64,000 nucleotides of DNA from positions 128,001-192,000 of the forward strand of contig CBFIDD010000003.1 of assembly GCA_965661285.1 (NCBI GenBank), in the 5' to 3' direction. This stretch comes from Poseidonia sp. (GTDB lineage Archaea > Thermoplasmatota > Poseidoniia > Poseidoniales > Poseidoniaceae). Both the position numbers and the translations under genes were made by a program. Shown here one piece after another: positions 47,541 to 57,202 of this stretch; the stretch's first letter is position 1; each line of letters opens with the position of its first letter. The notes beneath the pieces were generated by a model. The model worked only from the letters and a program-made list of their open reading frames with translations, had not been told where the DNA came from and made no database searches.

Positions 47541-50144
47541 TCACGCATCAACGGAAGTTCGCAGCATCGCTGCAACGTGCTCCAACGATGGAATGGTGTG
47601 GTTTTCGAGCGGTGGAGCAAACGGGACCGGGGTGTCGAGCGCACCAATCACCGTAGGAGCAGATTCCAGTTCGTAGAAGCAATCTTCCATGATCCGTGAT
47701 TGAACCGTGTGGCCCAGTCCGCCGGCCCACTGGCCCTCTTGGAGAACGACCAAGCGTCCGGTTCGCTGGACAGAAGCAATGCAGGTCTCCGCATCAAACG
47801 GAAGCAGGGTGCGCAAGTCGACCACTTCAACCTCGATGTTCTCGTGTGCGAGAAGGTCAGCTGCTTGGAGAGCGATATGAACCATGGCGCCCCACGTCAC
47901 CAGTGTAATGTCCCGGCCGCCGCGAATGATCTCAGCCTTGCCGAGTTTGTATCGCTCACCCTTTTCGATATGCGTTGTGACGGTCTCGGTGTCAACGCGT
48001 TGGTTGATGTTCATGCCCCACCCCGTAAGGCCTCCACGAAGCCCGTACAAGCCGATGTGCTCGAGCATGAGAACGGGGTCGGGCAGTTGGGCGCCCTCCA
48101 TCAGCAAATCGTAGGCGTCCTGCGGTGTGCCTGGAGCCATCACCACCAGGCCCGGGTCGTTGGCAAACCAGGATTCAATCATGTTCGCATGAAACGGTCC
48201 GGAGCGTGTGCGAGCGCCCAATGGAATGCGAACCGTCATCGGGCAGTCGGCACCCCATCGCCAACGCAACATGGCGGCATTGTTGACCAGTGCGTTGAAT
48301 CCGAGGGCGGCAAAACCGCCGAATTGAATTTCAACCATGGGCTTCATTCCAGAGAGGGCTGCGCCAACACCGGTGTGAACGATCACGGCTTCGCACAAGG
48401 GCATGTCGATGAGTTTGTCGGTATGCCCTGCATTTTTCAGCGCCATGTTCATGCCGAATGCCCCGGCGACTTCCATGTCTTCTCCGATGAACACACAGTC
48501 CTCTCCATGCATGGTCGCAATGTCGGCCATGGCTTGTTGGATGGCTCGAGCGTAGGTCCATCCGCCTTTCTCGGCATACGACCATGCATGCTCGCCCACC
48601 GCCAAAGGAGCGGAGGTGTTGCGAGGTGGTTGCTGGCCTGAAAAGCGCTGCAGATGGTCCTCGTGGGTGTCGGCATCGTGCAATGTTGTGATCCCCTTGG
48701 TCACGGTTTCGGGTTCTGGCCACGCCATGGCAAGAAGTTCGGCCCTGGCGGCCTCAACCGCTTCCATCTCTTCTGCCTCCATCGCTTCGAGCAGGGATTC
48801 GTCAACACCCATGTCGACCAGCAGTGTCCGATGTGTTGGAATGGGGTCTTTTTGTTCCCAATATTCCAAAAGTTCCCGGTCAACATAGCCTGAGGGGGTT
48901 CCGCTTGGATTGCCAAGGTAGAGGTCGTCGTGGTGGTGCGCATGACCACACCCGCGCATGGTTTCGACATGGATAAGGGTCGGACCGCCACCGGCCATGG
49001 CAAATTCTCGTGCCACGGCCGTTGAAGCATGCCAGGCCGCGGGGTCGGAGCCGTCGATGGTCCAGGCCGGGAAGCCCATGGCGCCGGCCTTGTCGGCCCA
49101 TACCTCAACACCGGACTGTTTTGCTGGCGGCGTATCGAGAGCGATTTGGTTGTTCTGAAGGATGTAGGTGATAGGCAAGCCCCGGGCGCCGGCGAGGTTC
49201 ATGGCTTCCCAAAATTCTCCAGATGAGGAAGCACCTTCTCCGATACAAGCCACGTGGAACCGGTCGAGTGATTGGCGCCAAGCTGCAAAGGCGAGACCGG
49301 TCATGGTTGCGCTGGCGATGGGCAGCGGGGCAGTGGGTGGAAGCACGCCCACGTGCCATGCACCCACGTGAAGGTCGCGACCCCCAGCATCGTCCCAACC
49401 GCCGTTTTGGTTGGAACCGGCTTTTCCAAGATTCGCAGCCATGACGTCAAGCGGCGTATCGCCCATCGCAAGACCAAGGCCAACATCTCGAATCATCGGA
49501 GCGACCAGGTCGCCATCATAACCCTCTCCGGGATGTGCGTCCCGAGGCGCGTCGGGTTGGCGCTTGAGTGCCGTAGCGACCGCCACCACGCCCTCCTGCC
49601 ATGTGGAACGGAAGCCTTTGCCCCCAAATCGCCCACCGTCTGGCGTCTCGACACCATCGGTGAAGATCTCTTTCAGCGCACCGTCCAAGCATCGTGTTCG
49701 GGTCATCAGGCGTTGCCATTCAAGCCGTTGTTCAACGGTGACCGCCATATAATGTGCCAAGCGACGCAGCATCAGTCGCATGTCAACAAGAAAGTGCGTT
49801 CGTCGCCGTTCAAGCATGAGCTCCATGCTACGGCGAGGGATGACCTCCCGTTCGAGGTCATCGCCGAGGGTGGATTTCATCTGTTTTTTCAAGCCGCGCT
49901 CAAGACCGTCAACGAACCGTGTTGCGAACGTGTTCCACGAAGCCCCTTCAAAGGTTTCAGGCTCGCCGTCCACCAAGTGGTCCCAAACATTAGCGACGAG
50001 GAAGAGATGGGCGTCGTGTCGCTGAGCCACAAAGGTGAGGACCTCCGTGCGAGCGGCATCTTTGGGAAGCGGTTGGACAAACATCAGGGGCTGGTCCGCT
50101 CGCCAATCTTGGCCAAAGATTTCCGGAAGGTCTCCCTGCGACAT
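47541..50144 (-). CDS. Fused E1 alpha/beta 2-oxoacid dehydrogenase (TPP) with N-terminal extension
   Basis: GEGASSSGEFWEAMN...QNNQ TPP motif, IGED, EIQFGGF, GPFH, EVVDLRTLLP. Confidence 0.88.
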   Translation of the reverse strand: MSQGDLPEIFGQDWRADQPLMFVQPLPKDAARTEVLTFVAQRHDAHLFLVANVWDHLVDGEPETFEGASWNTFATRFVDGLERGLKKQMKSTLGDDLEREVIPRRSMELMLERRRTHFLVDMRLMLRRLAHYMAVTVEQRLEWQRLMTRTRCLDGALKEIFTDGVETPDGGRFGGKGFRSTWQEGVVAVATALKRQPDAPRDAHPGEGYDGDLVAPMIRDVGLGLAMGDTPLDVMAANLGKAGSNQNGGWDDAGGRDLHVGAWHVGVLPPTAPLPIASATMTGLAFAAWRQSLDRFHVACIGEGASSSGEFWEAMNLAGARGLPITYILQNNQIALDTPPAKQSGVEVWADKAGAMGFPAWTIDGSDPAAWHASTAVAREFAMAGGGPTLIHVETMRGCGHAHHHDDLYLGNPSGTPSGYVDRELLEYWEQKDPIPTHRTLLVDMGVDESLLEAMEAEEMEAVEAARAELLAMAWPEPETVTKGITTLHDADTHEDHLQRFSGQQPPRNTSAPLAVGEHAWSYAEKGGWTYARAIQQAMADIATMHGEDCVFIGEDMEVAGAFGMNMALKNAGHTDKLIDMPLCEAVIVHTGVGAALSGMKPMVEIQFGGFAALGFNALVNNAAMLRWRWGADCPMTVRIPLGARTRSGPFHANMIESWFANDPGLVVMAPGTPQDAYDLLMEGAQLPDPVLMLEHIGLYGLRGGLTGWGMNINQRVDTETVTTHIEKGERYKLGKAEIIRGGRDITLVTWGAMVHIALQAADLLAHENIEVEVVDLRTLLPFDAETCIASVQRTGRLVVLQEGQWAGGLGHTVQSRIMEDCFYELESAPTVIGALDTPVPFAPPLENHTIPSLEHVAAMLRTSVDA

Positions 50145-50179
50145 GGCCTGTCCCCGACCCTCCCAAGGGATGGGTGGTT

Positions 50180-51484
50180 TCAATCCTCTTCTTGTCCGAT
50201 TTGCAGGTGTGCTTCAGCAACCGAATGGATTGATTTTCGTTTCGTGATTTCTTCCTCGTAGCATTCGTGAAGCAATTCCCGGTTGGTCAAGGTCAACACC
50301 AGCGCACCAATTGCAGGAAGAGCAAGCCCCCCAAGCGCAAGTGCCCAGGACCCAAACACATCGAACACGGGGCCCACCAACAACGGCCCAACAATGGTGC
50401 CAGCAGCCCATGCAGCACCGAAGACGCCGAAGGCAAGCCCGGGGTTACCCTCTCCAAGGGCACGGTTTGTGGCGGTGTCGATCATCGGGAGCATCGGTAT
50501 TTGTGCGGCGGCGATGAAAAATTGGAACGAGCCCAGGAGCAGAATCATGCCCAAGATGGCCATCTGACCGGACAAGATGTAGCCGACCAAGCCGACGCCC
50601 AGAAGCGAGACGACGACGAAGGACCAACCGATGAGCATGTACCTCGTCGGGCCGTTTCGGTCAACCCATCGGCCCCAAACCACCGAGCCGAGCCCCTGCA
50701 TCAAGACCATGACCAAAAGAACGCCTCCAATGGCCGCCGAAGAGAGACCGAGGGCGTCATCAAGGAAGAGAGGAACACCCGCTTCAAGCGCCCCGGTGGC
50801 CAGGGTGGTGATGGCCAACAGCACACCGACTCGAAACAAAATCCGGTCGGTGAAGAACACGCGAATCGACACCGCAGAAGACGTGTGTTCACGCGGTCCA
50901 CCCACCACTTCCCTGGACGTCCACATCAACGGGCAGACCAACCCCGTCAGCAACGCCAACACGGTGAAGGCTGAAGCCTCGCCCCAGGTGAATAAAACGC
51001 CGCCAAGCACCGGTCCGAACAGCCCACCGATGGCTGCCATGCCGAGGAGTTTGCCCGCTTGCTCACCAAATTTCGTCGGCCACAGTTGTGAGGCTGCAGC
51101 TAAGCCTGCGGTCATGATGGTGGCGCCGGATGCACCGTGCACCATCCGAGCAAAAGCGAGCAACAGAAACGGTCGGCCCACCCATTCGTTGGTCGCCACC
51201 ACGTACAGGCCGCTTGACAAGGTCAGGAGCACCAAACTGACGAACACCGTACGGCCTGCGCCAAAGCGGTCGGTGATGCGACCGGTCAGTGGGCCAAAGA
51301 GGAGCAACGGGACCGCCCAAAGCGACACTAAAAGGGTGGCCTGGGTGGCGTTGAGGTCAAACTGTGTTTGCCAGGATGGTAAAATGGGGACGATGAACGC
51401 ATAACCGAGAAAGTTGACGAAAAAGGCCAGCAGAAGCGCCAGAAAGGCTCGCTGGAGTCGTCGCTCCACCTCATGGGCATTCAC
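50180..51484 (-). CDS. MFS transporter
   Basis: About 12 TM helices, motif A GRITDRFG and GRWVDRNG. Confidence 0.9.
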   Translation of the reverse strand: MNAHEVERRLQRAFLALLLAFFVNFLGYAFIVPILPSWQTQFDLNATQATLLVSLWAVPLLLFGPLTGRITDRFGAGRTVFVSLVLLTLSSGLYVVATNEWVGRPFLLLAFARMVHGASGATIMTAGLAAASQLWPTKFGEQAGKLLGMAAIGGLFGPVLGGVLFTWGEASAFTVLALLTGLVCPLMWTSREVVGGPREHTSSAVSIRVFFTDRILFRVGVLLAITTLATGALEAGVPLFLDDALGLSSAAIGGVLLVMVLMQGLGSVVWGRWVDRNGPTRYMLIGWSFVVVSLLGVGLVGYILSGQMAILGMILLLGSFQFFIAAAQIPMLPMIDTATNRALGEGNPGLAFGVFGAAWAAGTIVGPLLVGPVFDVFGSWALALGGLALPAIGALVLTLTNRELLHECYEEEITKRKSIHSVAEAHLQIGQEED

Positions 51485-52575
51485 TCTTCTTCCTCCGTTG
51501 CGGGAAGGGCATCAAGCATGTCCGCCGCAAGGGTGCTTGCATCCTCAACTTGGGTGAGCAAGGTCAAATCAGAAAGCGCTCCGGGGCGCTTCAACGCCTC
51601 CATCAAGTCCAAGAGAACCTCTGCGGTCAAGCGTGTGAGCGCCAGGGCCTCGGGGTCGATGCCCACCTGCTGGGTTTCTTCGAGCAGGGAGACGTAATCG
51701 GGTTCCTCGGAGAGAATACCCTCCATCTCCGCTTCCACTTGACGGGCAATGTCCTGTGCCTGACGTTCGAGAATGTCCTCCATCGAGGAGCGCGGGCCGG
51801 ATGCAAGGGTTGGTGTTGCCCCCTCACCGAGCGTGGTACCTTTTTTGAGGTCCTTGAAGGAAGGAACGTTGGTCGATGCCTGCTGTTGCGGGGCTTTATC
51901 GCCTTGTACGACCGGTTCAGGACCGGGGGGTGGCCCAGAGCCAACCAGCCGGTTGAGAGCCAAACGCACCATCGTCGTCATGACTTCAGCGGAGAGACCG
52001 CCCTCGTCCTCGTCGGGGTGGTCCTCGCCCATCTCTTCGCGTATGGAAGCGATGAACGTGTCATCGATGTTTCCACCCTCAACCAAGCGCTGGAGCATCG
52101 GAAGGGCCCACTGACTGTCGTTCATCGCCATGCCGACTTCAAAACGCTGACCGCCCAATCCCCCGCCGCCCGAGCCAGCGGAAACATCGGCTGGCGGCGG
52201 CACGAATTGCTTGGCAGCGTGTCGCCCGATTTGGCCGATGAGTTGGTTCATGTCAACCGGCTTTCCAATCACCTCTGCCACGCCAGCCAAAGCAGCTGAC
52301 GAAAGAAATTCCGGGGCGGTGGTGCGAGAGAGGATGACGGTTCGGGTTGCAGAACGAAAGCGCGGTTGGCCGGCCAGGGATTGGCATACGTCCATCACGC
52401 TTCCTTGCCCCCATTCGCCCTCCAACAAGAGAACATCGGGAAGGACAGCACCCGCCGTCGCTTCGGTTTGGGCAAGCGTGCTCAGCCGGGTCACTTCGTA
52501 CCCCTCACGCTCGAAGGTGTTGGCCAGAAGGTTGCGTCGACCTTCGTTTTCGTCGGCGATGATGATGCTTGGCGT
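51481..52575 (-). CDS. Atypical receiver (REC) domain protein, likely ACG start
   Basis: The frame stays open upstream of the GTG at 52494, giving PSIIIADENEGRRNLLANTFEREGYEV...PDVLLLEGEW...VIGKP; GGAGG lies 8 nt before ACG 52575. Confidence 0.7.
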   Translation of the reverse strand, partial: TPSIIIADENEGRRNLLANTFEREGYEVTRLSTLAQTEATAGAVLPDVLLLEGEWGQGSVMDVCQSLAGQPRFRSATRTVILSRTTAPEFLSSAALAGVAEVIGKPVDMNQLIGQIGRHAAKQFVPPPADVSAGSGGGGLGGQRFEVGMAMNDSQWALPMLQRLVEGGNIDDTFIASIREEMGEDHPDEDEGGLSAEVMTTMVRLALNRLVGSGPPPGPEPVVQGDKAPQQQASTNVPSFKDLKKGTTLGEGATPTLASGPRSSMEDILERQAQDIARQVEAEMEGILSEEPDYVSLLEETQQVGIDPEALALTRLTAEVLLDLMEALKRPGALSDLTLLTQVEDASTLAADMLDALPATEEEE

Positions 52576-52689
52576 CCTCGTCCCCTCCGTGGTGAAAGGA
52601 GGGACTCAGCGCCTTTGAATCTCACCCCGAGCGGGTCCACCATTGGCGGTGTTTTGGTCGACCAAGCGAGGGTGCGCGTGCGTGGGCGT

Positions 52690-53856
52690 TCACTCTACGT
52701 CGCTCGGCACTGCGGCCGCCCAACCCATGATGCCGCCGTCAAGGTTGTACAGGTGGTCGGCCTTCCAACCCGCTTGAATCAAGGTCATGGCCGCCAGTTG
52801 AGAGCGCATGCCGCTCTTGCAATGGATGAGAATATCGGTTTTTTTGGGAAGCCGCTCAAGAACGGACAACACGTCGGTGTGGGGCACGTGGACGTCACAG
52901 CTCTTGGCGCGTAACTCTGCATATTCTGCATCCGAACGAACATCAAGGATGAACGGCGCCCAACCGTTTTCTCGCCGGTCAAGGAAATCTGCAACGGAGA
53001 CATGGTGAAACATTACTTCGGCTGAGGGGGCCTCGGATTTTTGTTCTTGCGGCGCTCTTTCGACGGCTGTAGAGACCGTGCACCATGCTTCTTCGCTCAA
53101 CATGGCGGCTGCGTTGGAGAGGTCAACCACCGGCTCCCGGTCATTATCGGCGCTGAAATTGAGCGTGTCGAAGGCCATGGATTGTGCGTCATACAGCAGC
53201 AGTTTTCCGCTAAGGGAGACCGGCATATCGGTCAGGAGTTTGATGGCCTCGGTGGCCTGGAGCAGACCGATCACACCGGGAAGCACACCGAACACACCCG
53301 CCTCGGCGCAGGTCGGGACGGCTTCGGGTGGCGGAGGGTCGGGGAACAAATCTCGATAACACGGACCGCCGTTGTGGTTGAACAGCGAGACTTGGCCCTC
53401 GAAGCGAAACACGGAACCGTAGACCCACGGAAGACCGAGCAAAGAGCACGCATCGTCGATGAGGTAGCGGGTGGGAAGGTTATCGGTGCCGTCGATAACG
53501 AGGTCCCAACCCTCCATGATGTCCATGGCGTTGTTGGGATTGAGACGCTCGTGGAACACCTCAACGCTCACGTTCGGGTCCAGAGCGTGGAGGCGCGCCT
53601 TCGCAGAAGCCACCTTGGGTTGACCGACATCGGGCGTGGCGTGCAAGATTTGACGCTGAAGATTGCTCACATCAACGGTGTCGTTGTCCACCAACCCCAA
53701 ACGACCGACCCCTGCGGCGGCCAGATACAACGCTGCGGGGGAGCCCAGTCCACCCGCCCCGATGATCAGGACACTCGCTTGATTCAACTTCCGCTGGCCT
53801 TCAACCCCAACATTGGGCAGGCTGATATGACGAGCATGCCGTGTGACATCAACCAT
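52690..53856 (-). CDS. moeB: MoeB/ThiF adenylyltransferase with C-terminal rhodanese domain
   Basis: GAGGLGS, SNLQRQ, GTDN, PCYRDLFP, TCAEAGV; rhodanese HCKSGMRS. Confidence 0.92.
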   Translation of the reverse strand: MVDVTRHARHISLPNVGVEGQRKLNQASVLIIGAGGLGSPAALYLAAAGVGRLGLVDNDTVDVSNLQRQILHATPDVGQPKVASAKARLHALDPNVSVEVFHERLNPNNAMDIMEGWDLVIDGTDNLPTRYLIDDACSLLGLPWVYGSVFRFEGQVSLFNHNGGPCYRDLFPDPPPPEAVPTCAEAGVFGVLPGVIGLLQATEAIKLLTDMPVSLSGKLLLYDAQSMAFDTLNFSADNDREPVVDLSNAAAMLSEEAWCTVSTAVERAPQEQKSEAPSAEVMFHHVSVADFLDRRENGWAPFILDVRSDAEYAELRAKSCDVHVPHTDVLSVLERLPKKTDILIHCKSGMRSQLAAMTLIQAGWKADHLYNLDGGIMGWAAAVPSDVE

Positions 53857-53895
53857 GCACCGGCCAAACCGCCGGTCCTCATCAAGGAAACGGCT

Positions 53896-54825
53896 TCAAT
53901 GGACGTTCTCTTCAAGCCACTTTTCAACGTCCATGGCCGCAGAACACCCCATCCCAGCGGCGGTGATGGCCTGCTTGTAGCGCGTGTCAACCACGTCGCC
54001 CGCTGCAAAGACACCGGGAACCGAGGTCATCGTGTGCTCTTTGTGAAGGATGTAGCCGTTCTCATCGGTCTCCACCTGACCCCCGAGGAAATCGGTGATG
54101 GGTGTGTGTCCGATGGCGATGAAGGCACCGGTGGCTTCGATGGTTTCGGTGCTGCCGTCTTGCGTGTTTTCGAGCACGGCGCCGGTCAGGCCTTTGTCGT
54201 CGGACAGCCATTCCTTAATTTGGCGGAAGGTGCGAATCTCAATTTTCGGGTTGTTGGCCGCTCGCTCGTACATGATGGTCGAGGCTTTGAACACATCACG
54301 GCGGTGGATGAGCGTGACCTTGCTTGCAAATCGGGTCAGGAAGGTCGCTTCCTCACAAGCGGAATCACCGCCGCCGATGACCAGCACGTGTTCGTTGCGG
54401 AAGAACGCCCCGTCGCAGGTCGCACAGGTGGAAATGCCTCGTCCCTTTTGCTCGGCCTCACCGGGCGCATCAAGCCACAACGATTCAGCACCGGTGCAGA
54501 CGATGATGGAATGCGCGCGGAAGGTCTCGCCTTCGACCGTAACCTTGTACGGTCGCTCGCTGAGGTCCACTTCGTCGACGTTTTTGTCCTCAACATCCAA
54601 ACCAAAGCGCTCGGCTTGTTCGCGGAGTTGCATCATCATCTCGGGCCCGGCAATGCCTTCGGGGTAGCCGGGGAAATTTTCGATGTCGCTGGTGAGCATC
54701 AACTGGCCTCCCGACATGTAGCCGGCGAACATGAGCGGGTTGAGCATGGCTCGTCCAGCGTAGAGTCCAGCGGTGTAGCCTGCAGGTCCGGAACCGATGA
54801 TGATGACGTTTCGTACTTCGGACAT
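53896..54825 (-). CDS. trxB: Thioredoxin-disulfide reductase
   Basis: GSGPAG, IENFPG, CATCDG, GGGDSA, FAAGD, QAITAAG. Confidence 0.95.
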   Translation of the reverse strand: MSEVRNVIIIGSGPAGYTAGLYAGRAMLNPLMFAGYMSGGQLMLTSDIENFPGYPEGIAGPEMMMQLREQAERFGLDVEDKNVDEVDLSERPYKVTVEGETFRAHSIIVCTGAESLWLDAPGEAEQKGRGISTCATCDGAFFRNEHVLVIGGGDSACEEATFLTRFASKVTLIHRRDVFKASTIMYERAANNPKIEIRTFRQIKEWLSDDKGLTGAVLENTQDGSTETIEATGAFIAIGHTPITDFLGGQVETDENGYILHKEHTMTSVPGVFAAGDVVDTRYKQAITAAGMGCSAAMDVEKWLEENVH

Positions 54826-54928
54826 GTGACTCTCCAAGCATCGGTGAAGAGCGGTGGTGTTTGAAGATTCGCCCGAAAGCCCCTTGGAGAGCAAAAAGGT
54901 AGAGATACCCTGCGAGGATGCCCCCGTT

Positions 54929-55126
54929 ATGGTCAATCAACTCGCTGCGGCTGCCGGCATGGGCGTTTACGTGCCTCTGGTGCTCTGAGCCACCAAACTC
55001 CCGTACACGATGATGGTCAACCGCGGCATGGCGCACATTCGAGCCGTCGACGACAACCGAAAAATCGTCCACATGTTCGCCGGCGGTGTAGGCTCACTCG
55101 GCGTGCCCTTCGGTCCGCTCCTCTAG
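54929..55126 (+). pseudogene. Disrupted 5' fragment of a dolichol/phytol-kinase-like membrane protein gene
   Basis: MVNQLAAAAGMGVYVPLVL*ATKLPYTMMVNRGMAHIRAVDDNRKIVHMFAGGVGSLGVPFGPLL*; in-frame TGA at 54986 and an RKxxH motif. Confidence 0.6.
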
Positions 55127-55140
55127 CGGGAGCCCGAAGG
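55107..55140. terminator. GC-rich hairpin between convergent units
   Basis: CCTTCGG...CCGAAGG outer stem, CCGCT...AGCGG inner stem; no U-tract. Confidence 0.3.
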
Positions 55141-55143
55141 CGT

Positions 55144-55488
55144 TCACTGGCCGATGAGCTTGTAGTCGTCGCTGAGCGGCGTTGCACCGGTCTCGACATG
55201 GACGATCTTGCCGTCTTGGTAGCGGTAGAAGGCCAGCACGGCCTCAGAGTCCGAGCCGTTGGCAAAGTGTGCGATGGAGTGGGCGACGCCAACTTCATCG
55301 TTCTCGAACAAGATGCGGTGGGCTTCGCTGCGAACCATATCGGTGCCTGCGAAGGCCATGATGTCGCTCTTGGTCATGACGGCCCCGCCGACGTGGGGGT
55401 AAAACTTGCAGTCGTCGTGAATGACAGCGTCAAGCAATTCTTTGTCTCCGGATGTAAAGGCTTCTTCGTATTTGGCTAGGATGCTCAT
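55144..55488 (-). CDS. NTF2/SnoaL-like protein
   Basis: 114 aa, YEEAFTSGD...IHDD...DGKI pattern. Confidence 0.75.
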   Translation of the reverse strand: MSILAKYEEAFTSGDKELLDAVIHDDCKFYPHVGGAVMTKSDIMAFAGTDMVRSEAHRILFENDEVGVAHSIAHFANGSDSEAVLAFYRYQDGKIVHVETGATPLSDDYKLIGQ

Positions 55489-55589
55489 GGTTCGTGGCTA
55501 GGCCGGAACCACATAATGACTTCCTCTGTTGTCTATGGAGAACGGAGGTGAAGGGAAACCTTTGAATCCCGTTTCCCAAAGTTGATTTC

Positions 55590-56582
55590 ATGAGGGTGCA
55601 CTGCCTTGGTGGCGGCTTGGTCGGCTCTTTTGTGACCCGAAAACTGTACGAAGCAGGGTTTGAGGTCCACCTGTTCGACATTGAACCGCGCGAAACACCC
55701 GCCACCTTCCATTTGGGTGATGCTGCATCCGCCGACCACAGCGGTGCGGACATCATCGTCAACATGGTCCCCGGCGACATTGGCCACGCCGTCTTGCAAG
55801 CCCTCCAACCTCACGGCCATCGCATCGTTGACCTTTCGTTCAGCGAAACCACCCCCGACCGCCTGCCCGAAGGGGCCAGCACCGTCCTGTGGGACGTTGG
55901 CATCGCTCCTGGGCTCTCCAACATGCTCGTCGCGTTGGCTCATCGAGAACTCGGCGCCCTCGACAGCGTGAGCATCAAGGTGGGCGGCAACCCTTCCCGT
56001 CCCGACGATGCCTGGTCGTACATGGCACCCTTTTCACCGCACGACGTCATCGCCGAGTACACGCGCCCCGTACGGGTTGTTCGAGACGGCACCGTCGTCA
56101 CCCTGCCCGCCATGTCAGAACTTCACAGCATCGATGCCAACGGCAGAGCCATGGAAGCCTTCCTGACCGACGGGTTGCGCTCGCTCATCAATGTGCCAGC
56201 CAGCACCATGGGTGAATACACCGTCCGTTGGCCCGGACACATCCAACGCTACCAATCCACCGACCTCGGACCCGAAAATCTTGTCGAAGCCTGGCGTTTT
56301 GACCCCACGCGCCCCGAGTTTACCTGGATGGAGGTGCGGGTTGAAGGCGGCGGCAAGACCCGTGTCTGGACGGTAGAGGATAACGGAAAGGACGGGGATT
56401 CGAGCATGGCAAGGACGACGGGCCTGGTGACCTATGCCTGCGTGGTCGCTTGGAGCCAGCACGAACTGTTCACAGAGGGCATCCATCCTCCCGAGGACCT
56501 CCCCTCTGAGGTCATTCACGACGTGATTCAAACGCTTGAGGACGAAGGCGTACGTATCGAGCATCAAACGGGGCATGAGTGA
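55590..56582 (+). CDS. Saccharopine/lysine 6-dehydrogenase-family oxidoreductase
   Basis: GGGLVG, VDLSF, GIAPGLSN, VIAEYTRP, EAFLTDGLRSL, TVRWPGH, SSMARTTG. Confidence 0.88.
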   Translation: MRVHCLGGGLVGSFVTRKLYEAGFEVHLFDIEPRETPATFHLGDAASADHSGADIIVNMVPGDIGHAVLQALQPHGHRIVDLSFSETTPDRLPEGASTVLWDVGIAPGLSNMLVALAHRELGALDSVSIKVGGNPSRPDDAWSYMAPFSPHDVIAEYTRPVRVVRDGTVVTLPAMSELHSIDANGRAMEAFLTDGLRSLINVPASTMGEYTVRWPGHIQRYQSTDLGPENLVEAWRFDPTRPEFTWMEVRVEGGGKTRVWTVEDNGKDGDSSMARTTGLVTYACVVAWSQHELFTEGIHPPEDLPSEVIHDVIQTLEDEGVRIEHQTGHE

Positions 56583-56644
56583 AGGTCGGCGAGGGATGAT
56601 TTAGAAGCGGGAACAAATAAGAACTAAACCATTAACCCCGGCCC

Positions 56645-57187
56645 ATGAAGGGCATTGTTTTCCGAGAGTTCATGGAGATGGTTGAGTCCACGTTTGGCGA
56701 TGAAATGACGGAAAAATTGGTTCAAGACAACGACCTGGTAAGCGGCGGAGTCTACACCGCCGTTGGGACGTACGACCACCAAGAACTCGTGGCGATGGCC
56801 ATCACACTCTCAAAAGAGACCGACTTACCCGTGGAGGCTCTTGTCGAGGCGTTTGGAAACTATTTGTTCGGGCGTTTCTTGGAGTTGTTCCCTGTGTTCT
56901 TTGATCACAAAACCTCATTTGAATTCCTCGACACCATCCATGATGTGGTTCACGTTGAAGTTTTGAAGCTTTACCCCGAAGCAACCCTTCCCGATTTCGT
57001 CAGTGAAATCAAAGACGACGGAAGAACCCTGCACTTTGAGTATCACAGCCCGAGGCATTTCGCCGATTTAGCAGTTGGACTGATGAAAGGCGCGTTTGAC
57101 CACTGGAACGAAACGGTGGAGATGACACGGGAAGACAAGGTCGTTGATGGAAATCAAGTCACCTTGTTCATCTGCACGTTGGTCTGA
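56645..57187 (+). CDS. Stand-alone H-NOX (heme NO/O2-binding) protein
   Basis: MKGIVF start, YTAVGTYD, FG..LF, proximal His in VHVEVLKLYP, conserved Pro in LPDF, YxSxR as YHSPR, GLMKG. Confidence 0.93.
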   Translation: MKGIVFREFMEMVESTFGDEMTEKLVQDNDLVSGGVYTAVGTYDHQELVAMAITLSKETDLPVEALVEAFGNYLFGRFLELFPVFFDHKTSFEFLDTIHDVVHVEVLKLYPEATLPDFVSEIKDDGRTLHFEYHSPRHFADLAVGLMKGAFDHWNETVEMTREDKVVDGNQVTLFICTLV

Positions 57188-57202
57188 TGACGAGGACTCG
57201 CG

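Noticed and set aside
53041-54864. 607-aa plus-strand ORF and other long antisense ORFs (107-817, 869-1702, 13769-14896, 24827-26101, 49272-50261)
   Set aside because: They are shadows of well-supported opposite-strand genes (moeB/trxB, atpI, purP, moxR, E1) and carry no recognisable motifs.
54986-55140. In-frame TGA plus downstream hairpin as possible selenocysteine recoding
   Set aside because: The TGA falls in a hydrophobic helix rather than a redox motif, the frame ends after 66 codons anyway, and the hairpin lacks archaeal SECIS features; a pseudogene is simpler.
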